Part shown: positions 44,601-49,689 of the stretch, one piece after another
Layout of the letters: each line of letters begins with the position of its first letter
How positions within the stretch are numbered: the stretch's first letter is position 1
Source: a virus
Lineage: Duplodnaviria > Caudoviricetes
IMG/VR virus record: IMGVR_UViG_3300021387_001128
Location: 1,602-65,601 of that record
Reading direction: 5' to 3' (one strand)
Length of the DNA: 64,000 nt
The notes under the pieces: model-generated
The model's input: the letters and a program-made list of their open reading frames with translations, nothing else
Database searches by the model: none
Told to the model about the DNA's origin: nothing
Made by a program: the position numbers and the translations under genes

Positions 44601-45149
44601 TGGATGTGCGCTCTGGCGGGGTCCCATAATGGATTTATACTGCGGACTCTCCATAAACCGCGCAACGATATCTCCATCGCTCAGCTTCCCGAGTCCGCCG
44701 GCCATAGACATCGCCGTCTGTTTCAACCCGTTTCCAAGCTGGGTAAATACGCCTTTCAGCCCTTCGTTGAAAGTCTCCGTAACAGTCTTCTCAACACTTG
44801 CTGTAAGATTCTTTGCCATTGCCGTCGAGCTAATAAGATCTTTAACACCGGCTTTGGCAACTTCAACCTGTCTTTTGTAGGATGCTCCCAGCGCATCTCG
44901 CTCCTGCTGAGTAGAAGCTTTTTCATACGCTCTGGATGTTGCGGCAATGTGATTAAGGTTATCAATCCATTGATCGAACCGGGTGTTCATCGCCTGGTTA
45001 TATCCAGGAATACTGGCTGTGTCTCCTCCTGGACGGAAGTCTTCGGACTTCTTTTTGATTTGTTCTATTTTGTCTTCAATGGATTCTGCTTTTTCCGTAA
45101 ATTGACCATCGTCCAGTTGGACTGTTAAAGTTAAAAGTTCATTGTCCAT
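29625..45149 (-). CDS. 5174-aa tape measure protein with an N-terminal YonO/QDE-1-like two-barrel RNA polymerase domain and an HhH motif
   Basis: TP901/PhageMin_Tail-like core at about aa 2000-2260, TM segments at about aa 2340-2395, long coiled coils, C-terminal YANGG..TGPAWVDG...PEAFL; located upstream of Dit. Polymerase motifs: DG (D663), R680..GGK685, RHP (R944), DFDGD (aa 998-1002, nt 42144-42158). Confidence 0.85.
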   Translation of the reverse strand: MDNELLTLTVQLDDGQFTEKAESIEDKIEQIKKKSEDFRPGGDTASIPGYNQAMNTRFDQWIDNLNHIAATSRAYEKASTQQERDALGASYKRQVEVAKAGVKDLISSTAMAKNLTASVEKTVTETFNEGLKGVFTQLGNGLKQTAMSMAGGLGKLSDGDIVARFMESPQYKSIMGPRQSAHPNAFSSQRMEQYLTSQLPIYVPQYMRASVTGGSAVAMPQKAITFRGLFPESFKTIPTAAPAQRRILGALAGDNTPLTQDEISALQKIVETDRLAQDAAVRAGLYAKSNGGLYRNPNLTRGHINAMSGFVFGDASTAVMGERKFGMTNPDDPSQWRKVERKIGNNIDFDSGRRTAHALHDAYGSWINPGYYDRIQPFNPNHGTGIYTGPITMAPRRRTSAYAEYTLDMMEGGAQINGANPVYLDRATGKWRTAQGITKPTTSGGKRFSPDDFHTVTLASSLENDILSQMTHSSRAGQNEFNDNAIYLKYDSKWSDPYLKDEDSQRYQADLAKRIREGYVANGHHYSFTRAGKTHAEFMRDDLIEDLGRYELGLEPKPVGSKGPVNEEHLKAGLKLLANGASMGSFNEYKPFAKSLYNQNLPATEGENLRTLWGIPFGFSGNATTEQMLADPNLGQSMRDKIMRDYGTPNVKVVVGNFGKDMDGANWGSARLFNEGGQGRSYGGKATYVRMDLNALKTQYPDQIVESARTAEEIAKIGDGITEQQRRDIMNRYGDFRIQGAGINGEDLIIPWDTDIIEDVNNIKNFNQMFAGMTPEEINDMRSRQVSRFGISLKTTYGKSNTSGRWLSKQLVNGPMNAGFSDPVVDAYFNKIFMDEMTRLSTDDQYIRRELFGGDQTVDLTSEESQNIIRGHLSSMVESYSEGNRLLPHGVYSWNMAAPAPINVVNNALRKAGVKIPKEMEELELGNNDVISLGSMFDQLGIVRHPATISGNIVASNLARDKSMAPKIQKMAEQLGMDPKALYFRPGSPILEALQGEDFDGDINGLFGLSGKGSTEFNQMMARVFQISNEDNAKIWKMAGRTPEEQAALKESVKSKGGIKRADKPFDMRNPEDIALYIMEQAKNTPMMGRASRTMDVMSLLRNPKISTAAARAILDLESNYDVVSVHGKTGDTWEDTPDQKAVKEYGRSFGNIFNWVGKSLDSVYEDGQVKQVWTDASQERLNKYNIDELAFPTMSSGSLTGQLLTRMYAQNFGLPAAGTNPDGSLKYDWDTIFDNLPAIKNPESATGRFTQAARDVKRNIATGRYLAPSQEEQDFVTQLQKAAEHEIDKQLIDEGITDINAYAYEYDRKAREAGIFAWRDYLTENGLRRENVEKDDQTKAMVSNVANAIGVPVDALFGSAPVMPPTQTPPVTQPPKQAQQPSATPARIAETQQKPKQTPKTPAEVKAGFPEPQEQVPFEVEDILENIAAKQPETTAREEAKEILRNVLGKGKSKDALIDSVMGLPETDLLSAINEGNLDPLLKIKGIGTKTAQKITQALAGSRFAQIQRGGSLEPNIANVNVPDMTAEIQKAEQQIEAQQEVAEEASKITEAQTEIIKTSAEQKAPQKSANPERDALEAQRKKLNGWISSVDFDPSWAVNELKKVIETDEQRPREELESFFGKAHGKTKEEYLASRRAELKDLEEYQKAWNDYMDKHPDERPVPLKTEQSTSEHAGMSDKGYQPTAPNQYAQTPVPPVPPTTPPGWTPNAPSDSMLQLAQAQFAQLIQPAQEFSNKLFGQILRSEQQLKDVPQSLIDFNRNNSFARSHERKLQNFKNSALWDTLAPDQKTSIDRLLDSETGLVAKAGRDFSDSSVVRAHNLLESITEQDSKINGTYDAQVEALDAWDKKIKELSEDQQQLFTLSKDQKYGKNLRDQFTDDAKAIGKDLDEIKKKRDSILGGMQKQNQTAFSKQLDSLESHLMPQNKLEQAAKQYSEQIAAIRENVTKKHDAGLMTDEDYNKDIERLDEFAKQATTTSLATKQLFTTVESSLGRVMQRFGRQIFNKAVQETKKFVKEFNASMVEIQAITMKTDDQMSDVRSRTLQTAVDLHTSVSNVSSTEAALYRQGLTDEEVQARTEDVIKFSQVAGIKVEAATKIITTALQNNLVDSSTEAMDALVALGDNAATTADEIGKAMQKSAASAKVAGVSYEELVSMATVMTSMTQLSGTQVGTAMNTIFSRIRKVTTEKFVRDQNGETTSLSDVETALGLAGIDLYTDESRANYRSATDILRDIAAGWQNMSDVQKSNITSAIAGTRMTNMFTTLMEGIGEDGGAKFEELLGLAGDSEGITESKYQVIAQGLAASFDTLRSSWDQLVAGLESNDVLTGSIDFISGLIQGITALNGVLGGSLSAILAVGAAVAAVTTIIATSKIPGIGAPLAIGAGVAVAAGVMGIGGLIGKGLSATTSAPKIREVSAQEQYDNFTEKNKDATDKYKSLIAKAETLGKKYDETNGNLSTSETDALTSALASLQAAFSGVDSSVSSAASGLDSWKSTVSAAKEEVQKLDEANKKSAKTLADIAIGDAEKEYAEKTKEINESTPTGLLFNGELDQRVASVATAKRGDKDALRTIASNFAGLEMAGMTEQEIVTSLFGTEGYDKYVTYMSGDSSSVGGYEERREGWLHQLAHDGNKPDGSSTAVALGNILGYQGLIDYKGNNISSNQETAQGFDSLVASLYQSNALEKVLSTQDWDELTRTYGTETNTFLSDFKAGFKNTKLSAGLPWRLAMGIARVVAGDVDVLTGYEDVRQEQLDKEAEGLLDTYLANNTDIRFSDTPGLSAAIKNRLLENHKGEHLNDWVRTNAAAEIQAEVESAENNPNYVEENTPSAVTEQSPQDIVTAAYKNIKPKDRKYDREYAGLYHLLTSKDIADITNEDVAFANALELINSGSDTELINIWESVNSGKGRYTQKDLTDYLFNQVYGSTPEELTATNMNTAAELGLQQARLTRMNDWQMLELQPNESDIQTIASALKIDPNQVRQNYATALNAYNQSYSTARSQFEQSIYDQIEKGYGLSDYFNEETGVYENVPKETIAKIQEQYSPLGFDIRASDKSGVSVNFVGGNVSAGAARTDFTPVYTNRELRDRAAEIAESGLNYNEAAERYKFWDDSLWNAVMDYSPELAQYMKMSPGQQASEEGQALKRAFELQFKVEGIADLEQAGKILEGTTRLIEDLSGDNTVKIADALREITTASMESGQQTAKLYSGTYSQVNEAAMSILGITDENVFLQNRDMYVQQARERQQLGRTAQASTYEQELVTSQTEEARQQIIQAAQTNGYRYENGTFVYDESLINLNRMRHDNLVENAREVANENDLQSIYRTANSFVPHLNRDYYTPEGYGIPVGDVFDTLLGADFNKLYENDQVWKDMVNLGADFDSFTGYISRMSNGQPGNVAQNYGWALQQAFGTADITSLTAQQLEEGWTNAGPQLQEVLSRTFDQMAGGDIFKSVATRQSGDLTAARDAYNNWLLEQGRFDSLESNMAYQQVQYDISNRTQNAATSLFSVLSQGQNFDNFGDFINSVGSSQVDNWKALLDSSPELANKMKDLGFSFEGDALDFTGEAESFKSALAALAAAVAEASNQITDVTTHGEDLRRAQEYLATGNRDYYDEFESALGDSDLAARARNDIEAQMAANQVQADAYEEAYKQNYGTNRAEANRILAEAEAAGFMATRQNGIVTGFTGGTITPIEDRDVYNPYELEYYNMRMANASNGFTGLTENQKFYGANLLLDQMRAGNLTGENGFYMNNSKAMIADYASMLPENYLNAAMAVEQAASGRYTMATIGDITQDSPDYEAVSKAVEEYYGSLQGAQKAQKDLDAEWESKSVKLSNKLGDHTDEAAEAMANFAKGGKDAIRQSAAWTKSIKTLQNNLTAVSKMRGKKPGQVGAKEGGLLAQFLGLDDWKDVQKLTQKQFDEALDAMEKDAQETFSQGHFKPMLEGALTDINQAISENKITLDQVVDVVTQVNESGDLSAFIALLESIESDYVAAAESMAGDIATIMIDIIKSIGAEHGQIDVEASVSSSSASANTPSGYSGGGGGGGGGGKSDAQKLIERQKHEIDRLKHNLTMIQTNQSHYDFMNDYDAYDASLQDEQVAIQNMQSAYAGHIQELQDQLAGTEYDSEDYWALTDALHAAEEAMADLQNSLDELRNKIIQQIEEQHQNEMTPEQHVSSLLEKRANRYQMLGQTENWISIQNQSRDQNDFMISVLKDQEKDWIKQMKNSTFGDESWIAARDNLLEIREQIADLQNDNIQKWIDVNNAMVTEVGKDLEHAQATAVSDANLYGTGAEMAQRANNGWVYRGMLNQQNTAYASQLDDLVKARDEMQSVLDQIEREEAGFKDEFGFGLQDHTDAWYDARDSVDAYEESILNVMNTMAENKAAWQQSVVADLADDYDRAAADADHIQKMYQTQAEIYKETGNEESYFNTLKNQRDMMSGGLQEQRQLLAGLEAYAKSGTVTDPTAWDQLRQKILSAREGIAQTELEMVKLNKQVNQASLEKLMESFNRVDEQFQHEIKLEQYEQTRYQNNGELTNYGYMLGREQETQIQRRNALQTNIGELQKLLADAKANNDEETYYKITQEIRKEEEALAQVNNQIEKNTKLLEQNAEKIRQVRMALENEIVKEIKDRIAKEENMLNAEINLQNQLIDVIRKNYQERWNLIKKDIQKQQEALNKEKALINERLNARKNAQNQEDKWEELAEYQRQLALIAMDPSRTKDVKELQRKIEDLQKELSWEIADQEVASAQEAIDDEIAALNDYVTAGEEDLNEFLADANNFQSEVNDMLSFSITAEFDEEAYARYIKFMQATSKSYQNSTEETRKKMENDWRKTWLSMQGLAETYWEDEDFIGAFSNRESFLDYMKQSDEYRDASDTGRESMLYKWGELYDNYTKSLINDATFDDSHATFEAVTDIENYVYSIDGLQREIVGDLSDIIALIHNYTGNNDTTWEQTQGWVSNSAENYLETVNSNVAELDEYGDLPSDKPPKPSSGSGSGSGGSGGGGAGGAADPKAHYSEAIAAFYENGKLVSYAGKGYGATIAAANSAAMADAKKKGKGTFFEAGSTVINKYANGGLVDYTGPAWVDGTKSQPEAFLDAYDTKAIQDLTDVLSYVYVSPGVLPTADVGVSNNTNVGDIYITINQAELKDDADYDEVAKRIGQAFTKQMSKNGLNLAGYAF

Positions 45150-45282
45150 ACCTTGTGCTCCCTTCTATATAAAAATTGACAATCTATTTAAAACAGCATA
45201 AAATGCCAGTATGTCCAATGTCATGAAACACTTCGCTTGATAATAACCTTGAGAGATTAACTAAACAGATCGGAGAATAAGA

Positions 45283-45852
45283 ATGGAAAGATTAAACGAA
45301 CTCAAAGCAAAGCTCGATAAACAAATCAAACAAAGCGAGTTATTTATTGATAACGCCAAAGCTTTAAAGCTGATAGCTGATTCTGCTCTGAGAGAAATGA
45401 CAGATATCAGACTTAATCTGATAGCAATCCAAAATGAAATTGAAGATATATCTGCTCCGAAAAAAGAAGAGCAGACAACAAAAACAAAAATACGCGTACC
45501 GCCAATTATATGTAAAAAATGTGAATGTTGTTTCTTTGTTCAAGAAATACTAGCCCCTGATGAACTCCCTGGCCCATATATACCAGGCAAACCATATTTT
45601 TGCAGTCGTTGTCATACGATCAGCAAAGAATACACAGAGTATATGATATTTGCGGAAGAACAAAAAGCAAAAGGCATCATTGTGAATTATTTTTACGACC
45701 GACCGCCAAAGAAAGAGAGTGACGAATCAAACACTAAATCGGAAGTAATTTGCAATAACAACACTGTGCAGCCACCGGAAATAATGAGATACATGCAGGA
45801 AAAACCATTGCCGCCGGAGAACAATAAATGGGACGATGATTTACCATTTTAA
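45283..45852 (+). CDS. Hypothetical Cys-rich protein ending in an SSB-like DDDLPF tail
   Basis: 189 aa, GGAG RBS; CKKCECC...CSRC; C-terminal WDDDLPF; opposite strand to the tail operon. Confidence 0.6.
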   Translation: MERLNELKAKLDKQIKQSELFIDNAKALKLIADSALREMTDIRLNLIAIQNEIEDISAPKKEEQTTKTKIRVPPIICKKCECCFFVQEILAPDELPGPYIPGKPYFCSRCHTISKEYTEYMIFAEEQKAKGIIVNYFYDRPPKKESDESNTKSEVICNNNTVQPPEIMRYMQEKPLPPENNKWDDDLPF

Positions 45853-45869
45853 GAAGGGAGCAAAACAAT

Positions 45870-46079
45870 ATGAAGAAGCCTGAAAAGACACCTTTTGATC
45901 TCGGCTTTCCGAACGACGGCCCGGAGTACGACCCGGAGATGGATAACGAAACCATCGAACTGCCGGAGGATGTAGATGCCAAACTTCTCGAACTGACAAA
46001 GCCGCCGAAGAAGAAGAGCATCTACGGAGACGAGGATCAGAACGATCTGATGGATATGATCGACAAACATACAGATTGA
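45870..46079 (+). CDS. Small acidic hypothetical protein
   Basis: 69 aa, AAGGGAG RBS. Confidence 0.55.
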   Translation: MKKPEKTPFDLGFPNDGPEYDPEMDNETIELPEDVDAKLLELTKPPKKKSIYGDEDQNDLMDMIDKHTD

Positions 46080-46136
46080 CATTCTCCCTGTTCTGTGCCA
46101 CAATATCTTGTATTTTAAGGGCAGGGGAGTGATTAA

Positions 46137-46382
46137 ATGAGAGGATTAGAATGCCCGATCTGCCATACGGATCAACACCAGCCGCGCTACGAGCAGTACG
46201 GACTCTTCGTCTGTCAGTCCTGCGGCACAGTGCTGGGGTATCTCTGTAAGGGCTGCGACCGTGTTTACCTTGAGAATCATTTGATCCTTCATGGTGACGC
46301 TCAGGTCTGCAAGTTCTGCGGCACGCCGCAGTGGGGTTACACCGAATACGCACGAAATAAAAAAAGGGGAGAGATTGCATGA
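46137..46382 (+). CDS. Small zinc-ribbon protein
   Basis: Four CxxC pairs (CPIC, CQSC, CKGC, CKFC); GGGGAGTG RBS. Confidence 0.65.
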   Translation: MRGLECPICHTDQHQPRYEQYGLFVCQSCGTVLGYLCKGCDRVYLENHLILHGDAQVCKFCGTPQWGYTEYARNKKRGEIA

Positions 46383-46394
46383 TCTCTCCCCTTT
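46363..46394. terminator. Bidirectional terminator between convergent genes
   Basis: AAAGGGGAGAGAT-6-ATCTCTCCCCTTT perfect inverted repeat. Confidence 0.7.
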
Positions 46395-46400
46395 ATCTCT

Positions 46401-46784
46401 TTATTCGGCTGGTTGAGCAGCAACATCCGATTCGCGAATGCTTGCAGCACCGTGGTTCGCCTTCATAAACTCCGTAACCGCCGCGATATAATCCGTCTCT
46501 TCCTGCATCATCGCAGGATCAACTGTAGCGGTAATCACTTCGTGCAGCCAGTTGATCACTTCGTTCTTCTTGCTGTCTCTGGCATTGCGGCGTTCGACTT
46601 CCAATTTAAGGATGTCTTCTACGTCGTACCAGCCGCTGAGATAAGAATCTTCGAGATCGTCCAGCGCGCCAAGCTCTTCACGAAACAGCATGTCCTGCCA
46701 CTCCGGTTCCAGATACCAGGTCCCGTTGTCCAGTTGCTGAATTGTCAGCTCCTTGGCTTTGTAAATAAAAGTAGCGTATGTCAT
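46401..46784 (-). CDS. Hypothetical protein
   Basis: 127 aa, AAGGAG RBS. Confidence 0.6.
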   Translation of the reverse strand: MTYATFIYKAKELTIQQLDNGTWYLEPEWQDMLFREELGALDDLEDSYLSGWYDVEDILKLEVERRNARDSKKNEVINWLHEVITATVDPAMMQEETDYIAAVTEFMKANHGAASIRESDVAAQPAE

Positions 46785-46797
46785 AATCGTTTCTCCT

Positions 46798-46956
46798 TCA
46801 ATACAGCTTCACAACTGGTCCTTCCGTATATCCATGGTCTTCTGTGTAGTAAATTTCGTCGCGGACGACAACCAGTGTGATTTCTCCTTCATCTGTTGCG
46901 ACCGGATAATCTTGTGGAAGTTCTTCCAGCCGGTCAATCACTTCTTTTACTGTCAT
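46798..46956 (-). CDS. 52-aa hypothetical protein (not in ORF track)
   Basis: MTVKEVIDRLEELPQDYPVATDEGEITLVVVRDEIYYTEDHGYTEGPVVKLY; GGTGA RBS; fills the gap between neighbours exactly. Confidence 0.6.
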   Translation of the reverse strand: MTVKEVIDRLEELPQDYPVATDEGEITLVVVRDEIYYTEDHGYTEGPVVKLY

Positions 46957-46962
46957 ACGGAA

Positions 46963-47406
46963 TCACCGTCTTTTGCGCCGGTTGAAGAAAACTTTTTTGT
47001 CTTCCATTATCTGCGTCTCTTTCGCCCCTTTTTCCTGATATACAGGCTCGACGCTGGGCACGGCTTCCTGAACGGGAGTTTCCGGAACAACGCCAAGAAC
47101 ATGAACAGGTTCTTCAACCTTTACTTGAACGGTTTCCGGAAAAGGGTTTGCTTCCTTCAAGGCTGCAAGGTCTTCGATATTCTTTGCCAGCCGGCGTCCG
47201 GATACGCGGTTGTTAATGCCGCCGCTGGTCCACAAATGATAATTGCGCATCGCCTGGAAAAAGATTTCATGAGCGATTGTATCTTCTGGAAAAGGGTTTT
47301 CCTTACACTGGCATACAATATCCGTGCCAATTGAAAACAGATTTTCGGTCCTACCGAATGAATAATTGTTCATTAACTGTTCATACAAATCTCTTAAATT
47401 CTCCAT
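46963..47406 (-). CDS. Hypothetical protein
   Basis: AAAGGAG RBS before MENLRD. Confidence 0.6.
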   Translation of the reverse strand: MENLRDLYEQLMNNYSFGRTENLFSIGTDIVCQCKENPFPEDTIAHEIFFQAMRNYHLWTSGGINNRVSGRRLAKNIEDLAALKEANPFPETVQVKVEEPVHVLGVVPETPVQEAVPSVEPVYQEKGAKETQIMEDKKVFFNRRKRR

Positions 47407-47425
47407 GGTGTAAACTCCTTTTTGT

Positions 47426-47815
47426 TTATTTGAGCATGTCTTCAAACCAGCTCATGTCTCCCAGAACCTTCTCGGCGGTCGCTTTCTGATTCTTTGTATT
47501 CTCAATCACTGTCATGGCTCCTGGGAGGCTCATCATTGCAAACGCGCTGCTCTTCGTGTTCTGTTTATAAAGCGGGTTGGCTTGTGCAATGATCTTGTTG
47601 ATGGCTTCGCCGGACTTCTTGTCGAATACGGTTCTTCCATACATGTTCGAGAGCGATTCGAAGTTAAGTTTCTTCCCAAGCGCGGCAAGCACATCCTGAA
47701 AAAACACATAGCTCATATTGTTGATTTTTTCTTCGTCAACTTCGCCCAAGTGAGCGGCAACTACGGCTACGGCCTCATCCAGACTCAGCGCTTCACTTGG
47801 GCTTCCCTGTTTTTT
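47426..47815 (-). CDS. Tail assembly chaperone gpT-like segment, reached by -1 frameshift
   Basis: The -1 frame is open from A AAA AAC (47809-47815): KKQGSPSEALSLDEAVAVVAAHLGEVDEEKINNMSY...; no RBS for the TTG start. Confidence 0.7.
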   Translation of the reverse strand, partial: KKQGSPSEALSLDEAVAVVAAHLGEVDEEKINNMSYVFFQDVLAALGKKLNFESLSNMYGRTVFDKKSGEAINKIIAQANPLYKQNTKSSAFAMMSLPGAMTVIENTKNQKATAEKVLGDMSWFEDMLK

Positions 47816-48375
47816 CTTGCTGCTTCTTCCTTCTCGTCGATGTGATTCAGCCGGCCAAAGATCTTGGTAATCTGGTCCACCTGTTCTGCATCAAGTTCGT
47901 TGTAGTGATCCCGGACAAAAACGGAATCATTAAACGCCGCAACAAGAAAGTCGTATAACAGCTGGTCTCCATCGCGCTCCTTATCGATTGTTCCTGTAGG
48001 ATAAGTTAGAAGCTCGTAAAGCGGAACAGCTTTAATATACCCGTAGCCTGAAGCCGCTTTATTCCGGAAATACTTCAGCTTTGTGGGTTTGATTTCAATC
48101 TCCTGGCCTTCAACAATAACAACGTTTTCCGTGTTGTGATTGCTTGGCGTTTCTGTTTTCTCCGGAGAAGCTTCCGGAACTGTTTCCTTCAGCTTGGTAA
48201 ATTCCGGAGTGAAATCTGCCGGACGGGAAGGCTCTGGCTGATCCGGCCGTGGTTGTGTATCCGTCGGAACCTGTTTCTCAAACATGTTCTCTACAGGATC
48301 TTTTGCTTTAGGAGGCGTCCCTTCCGGAGTTTCTTTGGGTTGTTTCATAGGAATAGGCATGGGTTTAAATGGCAT
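47785..48375 (-). CDS. Tail assembly chaperone gpG-like
   Basis: First gene after the major tail protein; slippery heptamer A AAA AAC in frame 8 codons before the stop. Confidence 0.7.
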   Translation of the reverse strand: MPFKPMPIPMKQPKETPEGTPPKAKDPVENMFEKQVPTDTQPRPDQPEPSRPADFTPEFTKLKETVPEASPEKTETPSNHNTENVVIVEGQEIEIKPTKLKYFRNKAASGYGYIKAVPLYELLTYPTGTIDKERDGDQLLYDFLVAAFNDSVFVRDHYNELDAEQVDQITKIFGRLNHIDEKEEAARKNREAQVKR

Positions 48376-48401
48376 ATGATTCACCTTCAGTCCTTCAAAA
48401 T

Positions 48402-48437
48402 AAAAAAAAGGGGATACTGCAAGGTTGCAGTATCCCC
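48402..48437 (-). terminator. Strong intrinsic terminator after the major tail gene
   Basis: GGGGATACTGCAA-CC-TTGCAGTATCCCC then a T run on the minus strand. Confidence 0.8.
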
Positions 48438-48513
48438 AAAAGAGATTACATTACTGAAACCTTATATAAAAGCCCGTAAGGGCTGCCTTTAATCGTAAGT
48501 AATCTTTTGCTTA

Positions 48514-49314
48514 TTACTTCAGGTAATAAGCGATGCTGTACGCGCCTTCGTCCGTACGCTTCGCGTCCAGAGCGGTTAATTCGAACTGGAAGGTCGCGGC
48601 GCTCTTATAGCTCGTGTCCATTCCGGGAATGGTGGTGATCCTGGCGCGGAACACCTTCACGATGTAGTAGCCGATGATATCGCTCTCGGTGCAGTCGTCA
48701 CCAGAGCCGTACACGGGCCACAGACACACAGCCTCACCGATCGCGCTTTCCTTATTGGTGACGATAGCTTCCTTCGCAGGCTGAATATAGTCATAGGTAA
48801 CGTCGATGTAGGAGTGAGTCGCATTAAAGTCATCCTTGTAGAAAGTCAGTTTCTTGCCGGAAACCACGAAGTTACCGGTAGCGACAGAGGAGGCTTCGGT
48901 CAGACCGGCGATATACACGCTGTCGGCGACAGGAGACTTGTCCAGCGTCGCTTCCCATGTCTGGCCCACCAGAGTCAGAGACAGATGCTCACCGGTAGAC
49001 ATGACGTAGTTCTCGTTGTCACGCCAGGCGTGATCGCTCTCAGTTTCGGGAGTATCCTTGATGGCATTCGCCATGGAGAAGATACGGGTGTCGAACTTAC
49101 CGGAAGTCAGGCTCATGGTAAAAGTAGACGCACCGGGCAGAACAGCCACGGGGAACAGAGACCAGCCAGCCTGAATGTCAGTGGTTTCAATGTTCGCGCT
49201 AACGGTCGCGGCAGTCAGTTCATCAAAATAGAACTTAGCACCGTCGCAGCGCTTGAACACTACACGCGGAACGTCAGCAACGTAGCCACGCAAAGCTTCA
49301 TTCCAAACAGCCAT
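48514..49314 (-). CDS. Major tail (tube) protein
   Basis: 266 aa from MAVWNEAL after GAGAGG; position between neck genes and chaperones; highly expressed codon style; C-terminal SAATFQFELTALD pattern. Confidence 0.75.
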   Translation of the reverse strand: MAVWNEALRGYVADVPRVVFKRCDGAKFYFDELTAATVSANIETTDIQAGWSLFPVAVLPGASTFTMSLTSGKFDTRIFSMANAIKDTPETESDHAWRDNENYVMSTGEHLSLTLVGQTWEATLDKSPVADSVYIAGLTEASSVATGNFVVSGKKLTFYKDDFNATHSYIDVTYDYIQPAKEAIVTNKESAIGEAVCLWPVYGSGDDCTESDIIGYYIVKVFRARITTIPGMDTSYKSAATFQFELTALDAKRTDEGAYSIAYYLK

Positions 49315-49344
49315 TTTAATGACCTCTCTTATAATGTATTTATA

Positions 49345-49471
49345 TCCGGCTTCATGGCTGTTTCTCCCACAAAACATACATTGCAGCCAGGATATAGCAA
49401 TATAGAGGGCCTTCATAATTGCGAGCTGCTCGCAATCCTTTGCAGCATATCCCAGCTGCCGGGAGAAGAAG
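49345..49471 (-). promoter_or_regulatory. Structured 5' leader of the major tail gene (candidate cis-regulatory RNA)
   Basis: Nested pairings TTCTCCC/GGGAGAA, GCAGCTGGGATAT/ATATCCTGGCTGC and ATTGCGAG/CTCGCAAT; bracketed by TATAAATAC direct repeats. Confidence 0.4.
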
Positions 49472-49477
49472 TATTTA

Positions 49478-49503
49478 TAAAAGCCGCCCATTCTTCAGGC
49501 GGC
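49478..49503 (-). terminator. Intrinsic terminator
   Basis: GCCGCC-9-GGCGGC then TTTT on the minus strand. Confidence 0.5.
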
Positions 49504-49515
49504 GCGAATGTGCTG

Positions 49516-49677
49516 TTATTTGCAAAACAGCGCGCAAACTAACATCTTCAACGTCTTCAACGGATGCTTTCTACGCCATTCAATTGCATATTCCGGATAA
49601 TACTTCAGCTCCGGTACACCAAGGTCTTCAGCGATCATAACCTGCATCGTTGTGGCGTTGAAAAATATAGGGTGCAT
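49516..49677 (-). CDS. 53-aa hypothetical protein (not in ORF track)
   Basis: AGGAG RBS; MHPIFFNATTMQVMIAEDLGVPELKYYPEYAIEWRRKHPLKTLKMLVCALFCK. Confidence 0.45.
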   Translation of the reverse strand: MHPIFFNATTMQVMIAEDLGVPELKYYPEYAIEWRRKHPLKTLKMLVCALFCK

Positions 49678-49689
49678 TGGAACCATCTC

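Noticed and set aside
10106-49479. TATAAATA (T4-late-like) as a genome-wide late promoter
   Set aside because: Only three intergenic copies noticed (10106, 49337, 49472); about 1-2 per strand are expected by chance at this composition.
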